From Phoronis australis (Eukaryota > Animalia > Phoronida), in contig NMRA01001147.1 in assembly GCA_002633005.1 (NCBI GenBank), positions 1 through 33,375 of the forward strand: a stretch of 33,375 bases of DNA, given 5' to 3'. The notes beneath the pieces were generated by a model. It did not search any database, was not told the origin of the DNA, and saw only the letters and a program-made list of their open reading frames with translations. Shown one piece after another: positions 23,891 to 33,375 of the stretch; position 1 is the first letter of the stretch, and the number at the start of each line of letters is the position of its first letter. The position numbers and the translations under genes were made by a program.

Positions 23891-25524
23891 TAAGTAAATG
23901 TACTATCTTTTGAACAATTTTAACTGCCCATGCTTTTGGGTTGACACCCATGGTGCGCTGAATGCGACCCCTAGTTTATGATGTCCTGAGTTGTTCCCTT
24001 GCGATGCCCATGGCTTAGGGAATATCAGCTCCCAAAATTGAAGTAGTGAATGTAAAATGCAGTTATCTGGGCATTAACTGAAAAAATTGTTCGAAGTAAA
24101 CACCCCTCGTGGAGTTTCAAAAGTTTATATTTTTAAACGCCCATGCTCAGCTTAATGTTATGTGGGACGTTATTGACAAATTTTTGTTTTTAGCCAAATA
24201 TCTACAAAACTGTAAATTTTAATTCAGTAAAAGTACATAATTTTTGAAATTAGAAAGCCTCAGAAGTTTGATTTTTTACCCCTTATAGGTATCTATCATA
24301 ATTTGGGTCTCAATGTCATTCATTTTTCTAAAATTTAGCAAAAAAAGTTATGTTCATAGCAGTGGTATCCATAACAACCAAACTTCAATTGATATAAATG
24401 TTCAAGATGGAATTTTAAAGATTCTGGTGCAGCTTTCTAAATCATCCCTTGGTTTCCTTTTCAGGAAACTGTTGGTTTTTTTGTAAAATTTATGAAAGTC
24501 CTATTTTTTAAATGCTCTTCTTGCAAAAATTGCACATTTNCATCATCAGTGATCTATAAGAAGACTGTTCTTCCAATATCAATTTTCCAATGCCAATGTC
24601 AGTCGTTGATTGCCTACCCTAGAGTACTTTTTGAGCCCGTCAATTACCATGGATGTCCCCTACGTGTTCCTACATTCGTTACATTATTACTGCTTATAGA
24701 TGATTGCATTGGCTTTTGAAGTACACGATTCTGCTGACATAGAACACATGGATAAGAACAAAAAAGATGTCAAACTTTTGAAGCAAGAGGAACTAAAGAT
24801 CAAATACCGAAGCAACGGTCCAAGCTTCATGGATAAATTGTTATACAGCTACTGCTGTGTAGGTTTATTAACGGGTAAGTAAATGTACTATCTTTTGAAC
24901 AATTTCAACTACCCATGCTTTTGGGTTGACACCCATGGTGCGCTGAATGCGACCCCTAGTTTATGATGTCCTGAGTTGTTCCCTTGCGATGCCCATGGCT
25001 TAGGGAATATCAGCTCCCAAAATTGAAGTAGTGAATGTAAAAGGCAGTTATCTGGGCATTAACTGAAAAAATTGTTCGAAGTAAACACCCCTGGTGGAGT
25101 TTCAAAAGTTTATATTTTTAAACGCCCATGCTCAGCTTAATGTTATGTGGGACGTTATTGACAAATTTTTGTTTTTAGCCAAATATCTACAAAACTGTAA
25201 ATTTTAATTCAGTAAGAGTACATAATTTTTGAAATTAGAAAGCCTCAGAAGTTTGATTTTTTACCCCTTATAGGTATCTATCATAATTTGGGTCTCAATG
25301 TCATTCATTTTTCTAAAATTTAGCAAAAAAAGTTATGTTCATAGCAGTGGTATCCATAACAACCAAACTTCAATTGATATAAATGTTCAAGATGGAATTT
25401 TAAAGATTCTGGTGCAGCTTTCTAAATCATCCCTTGGTTTCCTTTTCAGGAAACTGTTGGTTTTTTTGTAAAATTTATGAAAGTCCTATTTTTTAAATGC
25501 TCTTCTTGCAAAAATTGCACATTT
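23556..25524. repeat. 984-bp tandem duplication around N24540
   Basis: 23556-24539 matches 24541-25524; the two are the same length with only scattered substitutions. Confidence 0.95.
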
Positions 25525-26124
25525 GAAAAAATTCCTAGCAGTATTTTGGAGAACAGTGCACAAAACATATGGTAGTATGCAGAAATTTCATATAAATCAA
25601 ATTAGCCATCAATATTGATGTAACTAAGTTAGCAAAATTTGGTCATTTTTCAGGGGTACAACATGAACTTAAAGCCCACCCCCTGATTTTATGTTATCTG
25701 ATTTTAAGACCCAAGTCCTTAAGTCAACAAAGTATTTATACATTAGCTCTACATTTAACATACAGAAGATTATACTTTTTAATGTATCACTAAATATTTC
25801 CAATTATTTTGTTGCTCTGTAAACATATATTAATGTAGTTGAGTCATGACAACGATCAAACAAAAAGTCCCATCCACCAGTCTTCAGTCTGTTGAGAGAC
25901 AGACCATATACAATGTTACACGTAGTTTGACTCTTTCCAACAAAGTGCATGGTTTTCTTCAAGTGTCTTATAAAACATATTTTAGCACATTCTTCATTCA
26001 GTCACCACCCACTTCTGAAATGAAACGGTTTGAAGCACTTCAAGGACCAAAAATTGCCACTTTCTGAAAATACGATGAGGCGTGAATTCAGAAAATCATC
26101 TTTGGTTGCCAAAAACAATCAAGA

Positions 26125-26328
26125 CCCCTTCCAATGTCAAACAGTTCTACAGGACAAAAAGTTTCTCCGCTTCATCTGGGCAGTAAATCTCCAACCTTCC
26201 AATGTCCAATAGTACTACATGAAATAAACTTTCTCCGCTCCATCCAGGCAGCAAACCTCCAACCTTCCAATGTCCAATAGTACTACATGACATAAACTTT
26301 CTCTGCTTCATCCAGGCAGTAAATCTCC
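26125..26328 (-). repeat. Three tandem 68-bp units, each the last MAEA codons plus stop plus 23 nt of 3'UTR
   Basis: The anchor ccttccaatgtc recurs at 26127, 26195 and 26263. The units translate EIYCLDEAEKVYVM*, EVCCLDGAEKVYFM* and EIYCPDEAEKLFVL*. Confidence 0.9.
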
Positions 26329-27168
26329 TTAGTCCTTGAACATATAACTTGCCCTTCATTCATCCATGACATTTCTGCAAGTGCCTGGAAGCAACAACAA
26401 AACACATGGATACAAAATTGAAACTTCAACAGTTTCCACAATAAGACTCATTGTTCCTAAGAAATCTTTAGAGAGCACTGGCAAAAGCGACTAAAGGAGT
26501 TACAAAACAGACTACAGGTGGAGCTTCTAATAACCTAAGTAAATACAAACTACTGCAGCATAGAAGAGCAATGATGACACAAATTCATGGTAAGTTTTTA
26601 AACGAAAGTCAATTGAATCAATTCTGCTCTGTGCAACAAAATTTTCAATTAGCGATTAACAAGAGATCAAAAGTCATTAACCTCATGAAGACAACGGAAT
26701 GGCAAACAATTAGTTGACAACCTACTGTAGAGTTCAGTGAACTATTATAACCACACATGAGCAAGGCTACAATTGTTAAAAAGACAAGATAAATTCTTTA
26801 AACGTTAGTCACTTAACAATCTCGTCTAGTATCCTTGATGCCATATCCACCCTTCCTTTCAACTTTACAACTGCTGTCGACGCCAGAATGTAAGGAAACG
26901 ACAACTTACGTTGTAGCCATAGACAAAACCATTAGGAAGCATCATAGGAAGGTTGTTCTCGTTGAGAGGATGTCCCGATATATAGCAGATGAGCCGTGAT
27001 TGGGCACAGTGTGATTAAGGGAGGGGCTTGGCCAGCTCACTGAAGTGTGAACACACAGGGCAATTCTTGTTTTTTGCCTCAGTGTCATCCTTATAACAAT
27101 GTCTGGTGTGTGTGTTAAATAATGGGGATAATTTACTATGCAAACCAGCACTATTATGTACCATTTAA

Positions 27169-27819
27169 CTCTTTCACTGGCAAGAGCATCTTTCCGCAAC
27201 TTACACATTCACTGCAAAACATTTCATGGGAGATAACTGCAGTTCAGCAACGTTACCAAATGACAGGACAAGGGTTTTACCAAATCCCAAATAAAAGTCA
27301 AATTTTCGAATTTTTTCGTTTTTGAAGAAATTTCTGTTGATTGCTCACCTCCAAACTGTCCAACGTCGCTATTTTTTTACTCAAATTCAAAATGATTCTG
27401 GTTAAGGATCCGAGTTTGAAATGTCAGACATGAGTCAAGGCTTGTGGGGGAGTGTATTGCTACATACTTTACATGGCAAAAACCTGCTTCCAGGCATGAG
27501 GTTACAATTTTACGGTATCATAAAACAACTTATTTGCATATTAACCTGAAAGTGGCGGACAAGTGAAATTGCATTTTTTTCAATACTGTTTAACAAAAAT
27601 TACTTTTCAGGAAAATTTACTTTGCTTTTAGCATGGTTTGTATGGTGTAGCTATTACCAAACAACATATGGTTAATATTTTGAGCATTTGAAACAACGTG
27701 GCAAGACTCTGAAAAATAGAAATATGGCAATTTTACCATTAATTATGTTTGTCTTAAATCTTCAAAATTGATAATTGGCACTGGGAAGTGCAGATCTAAA
27801 AAACTTGACTGTGAAACAG
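27169..27819. mobile_element. Non-autonomous TTAA-targeting element (piggyBac-like), 651 bp
   Basis: TTAA|CTCTTTCACTGGCAAG matches the reverse complement of the right end, TTAA|CTGTTTCACAGTCAAG, at 13/16 positions. TTAA lies at 27165-27168 and 27820-27823. Confidence 0.6.
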
Positions 27820-28138
27820 TTAAGCAAACTTATATACAGAGAAGCTGATTTTTTCATCAAAATGGAAAAAAATGCAATAGCCAGCAATAATCAGTTGGAC
27901 GAGGCGTGGATTTCGAGAATGAAATATTCGATTGTAACCGAGACATTTAAGCTTGTTGGGAAGAAACAGTGATCACATGGGACAATGTTGGGCTGTTCTG
28001 ACTTGCAGTTCAGTCTCGTTGCTAGGATTCAACTCACCAAGACTTGTCCATAACAGGTGTTAAGGGTACGTAGAACCCTAAAAAAATGTCCAAATTTGGA
28101 AATATTTAGAACATCACATCTCAGATATGACTGACCAG

Positions 28139-28386
28139 GGGCCTGTTCCAAGAAAGTGACTTAAGTTCATTTTTGACTTAAGTTTAAGATTTCTCTTAAT
28201 TTACAAACTTTGAAACTTCCGCATTCGGTAAGTCGGTCAAAATTAAGACAAATTGTATGTCAAACACTTAAGTCAAACTTAAGATCTCTTTCTTGAATTG
28301 GTTTTCAGACAAATTTAACTTTTATTTTAAAATTTACTAAAATTTAAGATCTGTCTTAGCTAAGTCAGATTTGTTGGAACGGGCCC
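28139..28386. mobile_element. PIF/Harbinger-type MITE, 248 bp
   Basis: TIR GGGCCTGTTCCAAGAAA versus GGGCCCGTTCCAACAAA, extending into TGACTTA. The 3-bp TSD CAG is on both sides, and the interior has repeated cttaag/ttaagt motifs. Confidence 0.8.
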
Positions 28387-31292
28387 CAGATTCATATGAA
28401 ACTCTCACATACTCTGCTTTATTCAACATTCTCCACTACGCTATCAGAAATTGTTTTCAAAATACCATTTTTGCATGAGGGCTATCAAAAAATAGAACTT
28501 ATATGATTTTCATCTCAAACATGAATATATCAAATGAAATCTGGTCATGTTGTTTGACACCATTGTTTAGCTGTTGGCTAAATTTCACCAAAAATACATG
28601 GTCACACGACCCAATTAATAAGAATTATGTTAAAAGTAAAACAATCAAATTCTACAGGCTTTCCACATTCGAAAATAATATACACTCTTAATTAGTTTAA
28701 ATTTATACTTTTGTCGATATTTGGCTAAAGACACAGGCAAGCCGTTAAGGTCCCACATAACCTAAAAGATGTATTTGCACGCTCCTAACTATGCTAATGT
28801 CTAACAGGAACTAAACGACAAAGTTATTTGAACATCATCTATGCTAAACAAAGCTTGCAGTGGTATTCGCTGACAATTTGTAAATGTGAAAATAAAAAAT
28901 TCTGCAAATAGGTGACCTTTGAACTAATGAGGTACCTTGGGGGCTCGCATAACCCGCATCATGCAGTGTTATTCCCCAACACTGGATACGGTTTAGTGAT
29001 TTATGGCGGATCACTTTTGACACAAAACTCGTTCGTGAAAACTTTTGGCAATTTTCAACCTACTTCATATTCGCATTGTCGCTACATGTTGCGTTTTTTA
29101 CTAATTTGACCAAGCAATCACAGAGATAAGGAATTTGTGGGCAAGTTCCACTTTAAGCAGAGTTGAATTACTCCTCCATGCTGAACATGATATACTTAAA
29201 CAAAGGATACAGTGTTTTAAGAGCTGACAGACCAGCTTGTAATGTTACGTAAAGATAGAGTCACTGCTCAACTGATGTAGTTTAAAGTTCTCATATCTGA
29301 ACTGTTCCACCAGCATTTGCCAACGATCTGCAGACAAGAGTTCTTGTAAGAGACAACAGAGGGCATGTGGTACAACAACTACAGATGAGGAAGACGAACA
29401 GTTTTTTTAAACGCTGAACACTAAAAACAAAATGGCGTTTGAACATGAAGGAAGCCTGATGACAATTCAAACAGCAGCCTGGTAAAGCATATCAAGAACG
29501 CATGTCCCAAAAGTGTATTGGAACCAAGTTCAGATAATTACTACAGGGGGGGGAGGGTGTATGGTGCACTATTTGGCTTTTCCATGAAACTTTTTGAAAC
29601 ACATGTAGTAACATACTTGATAATCAGATACAGTTGTGTCTGAACAGTAAGCCAGCAGTCCCATCACCTTTTGAACTCTCAGCAGATGGCTGTCATCAGC
29701 GGTGGAGAAATGCTTGCGTGCGTGTCTGAAAGCAAGAGCCAGGCCATTTTAAATACGGTCATCATGACCGACAGAAATTAACTATTAAACACCACATGGC
29801 ATAGAATCGATCTTTACAAAGGACCGATTCCCTGCATTTGTCTAATTCTAGTTGTGCACCCCAGATTGGAGTGCCATAACTGTGTACAAAATGTTTACGT
29901 GTGTAAGGAGCTTAAAGTTTTGGGTTTTTTTAGGTTTTAGACCATGCCTGTAGTGTGTGCTAGTCATGTACTGAGGTTATGAGGATAATGACCAACATTG
30001 AGAGAGCCAGCAATGAAATCATTTCTATCCAGATTCACACAATTGTTTTAATAAAGTAATAGCTAACAACTCTTCATAAAACATTCAGAAAATGAAACTC
30101 AACTGGCAGCTTCTGTAGAAGTCTTTTTCATTGATCAGATCACATTTGCAGTCATATAAACACAAGCATTGTACCTAAACTTATACAGTACAAGCCAAAA
30201 GTATTCAGACAAAATGACTGCAATTCATCCTTTTCTCTCATATCGAGAATGATCTGTAATTAAGAGGAAAGTTAGAAAGTGGCTAAGCCATTCTGCCCTA
30301 ATAGTTAATAGACTAATTTAGGCTGTCAACAGAATTAACCCTCATGACTCGGAAAATGATAACTTGTTTGATTACTTTGTACCCGCTAGTTGTACACCTC
30401 GGCAGTCATTTCGCTTGGACATGGTAAGAAGAAAGGCCTTGCCAGTAATAAAATACACTAGTTTTCACAATAAACTGAACAACGTCGAAATTTGACTGAG
30501 GTTCACAGCATAAACTGCGACTAAATATCCATTTCTTTTCTGCTAGAGCATGTTACAATTCAGGCTAAATGTCCACAGGTGTTGCTCCATGCACTTTGTC
30601 GAAATAGTGACAACTGGGCGAGACCCAATAACGTTATGTTAAACTCTGACCAATGTATGACAAATCTGAAATTTTATTGTCGAGGAAAATCTTTGAGTAA
30701 AACAGCCAAACAATTTTGGCAGAAGTTTGGCAGAGTCTGACAGTTTTGTCAAAGTTTGTCAAGTCTATTTTTGAAAACCAGAGCCGTTCAAAGTCACAGC
30801 AAAGGCTGACATTATGCAGACAGTACCGTATTGCCTCAATCGTCTGCTTGTTGTGAATTAGCTCAATAAACTCCTGTTCTCGCAGACTAAACTCCAGCGT
30901 ACTCTGCAATAACAACAATAGAACAATATTACACAACCAAACCCAAAGATTTTAATTCGACACTTCAAATTTTGATGCATCATATAACATTAGTGTAAAA
31001 TGTGACGGGACGTTCGTAACTTTACGCTTATTGTTATTCTTATTTAGTTGCAAATGTTCAGTTATTCTTATGCTAGTGTCTTTGTTGCGTCTCAGTGCGC
31101 CTTTGTTACGTGGGCATGTGGGCGCGACTGTATGTGTCGGGCACTTCGCTAGCGACAGGCTTAGGAGAAGGGTGTTTCCTTCCTTTGCTTTCATGAAAAT
31201 TGATCGTTATCATGTGCAATTGAACTGAAACGTATGCCTGATGAGAGGAAATACATATTTTGATGTTCAGTGGAGACTTGCTCTGTTACATT

Positions 31293-31305
31293 TGGCGCCC
31301 AACGT
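31293..31305 (+). other. Primer-binding site complementary to the 3' end of tRNA-Lys(CUU)
   Basis: TGGCGCCCAACGT starts 2 nt after the 5' LTR and equals the first 13 nt of the known Lys1,2 PBS TGGCGCCCAACGTGGGGC. Confidence 0.85.
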
Positions 31306-31693
31306 AAATCGAACAAACCAGAACTTTTCTCTGACAACGTCTGTAAAATTATGACCGTGCTACGGCCTTGCATGGAAAGTTGAACTGCTTGCTGACTTTA
31401 CAAGATTTATGTCACGACTCGGGTAAGAATTTTCTGGAAAGGACAATGTCTTAATTTGCTACTATCGTGGTCACAAGTTTGTGGTGGTGTCTGGAACAGA
31501 TCCTCGTGCTCGCCAAGAACAGAACTTTCTGGACTATGTGTTTGACGACGCCCTATCCTGCAGGAAACTGGACTCAGTTGCATTTTGTGTCACTGAAAAT
31601 GTTTTGTGTTACTGTTGTTTGACATAAGTTCACTTAATGTGCCTGGTATTGAGAGTTCTTTAATTTCTTAAGCTAGACAGTGTATTTTCAATC

Positions 31694-32160
31694 ATGAGTC
31701 ACTTGACTGCATGTAGACCCAATGAAGTGTTAGCCGTTGATTTTACTGTTCTCGAGCCGTCAAGTGACGGTAGGGAAAACGTCTTGGCAATGACTGACGT
31801 ATTCACGAAGTTTATGCAGGTTGTTGTGACACGCAATCAAACTGCCCTGACTGTTGCCAAGGCTCTGACTGAGCAATGGTTCAATAAGTTCGGTATTCCA
31901 GACAGGATTCATAGCGATCAGGGTCGCAATTTTGAAAGCGATCTGGTTCAACAGTTGTGTAAATTATGACATTCAGAAATCCCGTACAACCCCATATCAT
32001 CCTGAGCGAAATTCACAGTGTGAGCGTTTTAATCGCACATTGCATAATCTGTTGGAAACTTTGCCAATGGATCACAAGTGTAAATGGCCGGAGTATATAC
32101 ATGATCTGGTGATGTCGTATAATTCTACTCCACACAGCACTACTAAGTACTCTCCGTACG
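31694..32160 (+). pseudogene. Gypsy integrase catalytic core (rve), frameshifted
   Basis: Translates [79 protein letters not shown] 2-nt loss falls near 31965; the D-D(35)-E spacing is exact once the frame is restored. Confidence 0.93.
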
Positions 32161-33306
32161 GAATGTGCGTTGTGATGTCTGTAGCCAGTACGAGGAGACT
32201 GAATGATTTCCATTTCACTGCGCTTTGTTTTCATGTTGTATGCTAATGATGTCGGGATGACATTTTTTGTTAGGGGGGAGAATGTGACGGGACGTTCGTA
32301 ACTTTACGCTTATTGTTATTCTTATTTAGTTGCAAATGTTCAGTTATTCTTATGCTAATGTCTTTGTTGCGTCTCAGTGCGCCTTTGTTACGTGGGCATG
32401 TGGGCGCGACTGTATGTGTCGGGCACTTCGCTAGCGACAGGCTTAGGAGAAGGGTGTTTCCTTCCTTTGCGGTCATGAAATTTGATCGTTATCATGTGCA
32501 ATTGAACTGAAACGTATGCCTGATGAGAGGAAATACATATTTTTGATGTTCAGTGGAGACTTGCTCTGTTACAGGAGACATGCATCTTTCAGTTTAACCT
32601 AAAGTGTGTCGAACTGTGATGATGTATGTCACTTTTGATAGTAAAGTCTGCTTCATATGTTCTAGAAAGTGTACTAATGAGAGACTTTTGGGAAACCGTG
32701 ACAACTGTTGTGAGAATGATGATTTCAACACGGTTTTCTAGCTGGCGCGGGAACAACTTCAATATACTCACGCAAAACAAATGGAAAAATATTCGCAACG
32801 ACAAAAGTTAGTGCTGATACTTATCACTGCGAAGTGGAATTTTAGAAAGTGCAGTGCAGCAGTTTGAGCAACAAACTTCTGTTGGGGAGACAAGAGTTCA
32901 AATCATGGCTACACTTGCAGACCAGTGAACGTTGAGCAAAACCACCACCTACTCATCTTTGCTTACCAGTGGATAGGTACAAAAGACTGAAAGGTGTGAC
33001 AACATTATTTTAATATTTTCATACACGACTGGGAAAGTTGGGATGACAACTGGAGAACATTCTGTAGAGCTAGTTCCCTGTGTAAAAAGTAAGGTCTCAC
33101 AAGACCTTGCAAAATCACACGAGTAAAAAGCAAGCATTTCCCGAGCATACTCAGGTCAGCTTTACTAGCTTGTCTTAACTAATTAAAGGCGAAGGCAACC
33201 TTTTTCCATTTCATTTTGAGCTAAAATAAGGTTGGTTGGTTATCCTAGACATATTTTCCACTTAATTACAGCTTTTCGTAATTTTATAAATTACTCGTCC
33301 GCTACT

Positions 33307-33344
33307 CCGGAAGTGACGTTTTAGGAGGCAAGCGTTTCCCGCCA
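33307..33344. promoter_or_regulatory. Housekeeping-type promoter motifs at the window edge
   Basis: An ETS-CRE composite CCGGAAGTGACG (33307-33318) and an E2F site TTTCCCGCCA (33335-33344) lie in a locally CpG-rich patch. Confidence 0.5.
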
Positions 33345-33375
33345 CTTGGTTTTGCGTTGACTTTACCGTGCGAAT

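Larger units (their letters stand above)
27103..29210 (-). other. U12-type (minor spliceosome) GT-AG intron in MAEA
   Basis: The 5' splice site GTATCCTTTG (29210-29201) matches the U12 consensus. The 3' end tatttaacacacacaccag has a TTAAC branch-like motif close to the AG and no polypyrimidine tract. Confidence 0.85.
26283..30903 (-). pseudogene. MAEA: MAEA/GID9 (CTLH E3 ligase subunit), last five exons of an unprocessed pseudogene or disabled allele
   Basis: Exons: 30903-30827 (STLEFSLREQEFIELIHNKQTIEAIR); 29725-29617 (HARKHFSTADDSHLLRVQKVMGLLAYCSDTTVSDYQ); 29343-29211 (ELLSADRWQMLVEQFRYENFKLHQLSSDSIF/VTLQAGLSALKT); 27102-26910 ([50 protein letters not shown]); 26384-26283 (ALAEMSWMNEGQVICSRTKEIYCLDEAEKVYVM*). 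Lesions: acceptor CAA instead of CAG at 29344-29346, a 1-nt deletion near 29248, and TAA at 27015-27017. Confidence 0.92.
31001..32573 (+). mobile_element. Internally deleted Ty3/Gypsy LTR retrotransposon (1573 bp)
   Basis: LTRs at 31001-31290 and 32283-32573 have TGTGAC...GTTACA ends and differ by 4 substitutions and 1 indel. PBS TGGCGCCCAACGT is at 31293-31305 and PPT AGGGGGGAGAA at 32272-32282. An integrase core lies inside. Confidence 0.95.

Noticed and set aside
26125-26328. CRISPR-like array
   Set aside because: The whole 68-bp unit repeats with no unique spacers, it derives from the MAEA 3' end, and the context is eukaryotic with no cas genes.
27015-29250. Programmed readthrough or frameshifting rescuing MAEA
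   Set aside because: The stop is TAA, not a selenocysteine TGA. It co-occurs with a frameshift, a dead acceptor and loss of conserved residues, so decay is the simpler explanation.
30952-32510. Duplicated small ORFs (30952-31194, 31031-31228, 32270-32476, 32313-32510)
   Set aside because: These are chance frames within the two LTRs.

Overview
This is eukaryotic genomic DNA: AT-rich, with spliceosomal introns and dense DNA transposons. It probably comes from an invertebrate animal; the taxon cannot be fixed from the sequence. It is a draft scaffold with single-N joins at 10484, 12990, 20556 and 24540 and an N-run at 18359-18380. All recognisable host genes are on the minus strand. (1) VPS45 exons 1-3 (17658->13959); no later exon was recognised in the window. 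(2) An intronless 404-aa atypical kinase (12599->11385) with a short RIO/Bud32-like C-lobe and an LYD catalytic loop. A near-identical second copy (9706->9059) lacks 731 bp covering most of the kinase domain and is most likely the other haplotype. (3) The last five exons of MAEA/GID9 (30903->26283), disabled by a frameshift, an in-frame stop and a broken acceptor. This copy has a U12-type intron and a triplicated C-terminus/stop. Mobile DNA includes a 1.57-kb Ty3/Gypsy derivative (two ~98% identical LTRs, tRNA-Lys PBS, PPT, integrase core only), a 1.76-kb TIR element with a 7-bp TSD in VPS45 intron 1, and several MITEs. No rRNA, tRNA or CRISPR array was found. I see no multi-gene novel system; the atypical kinase locus is the best candidate for something undescribed.
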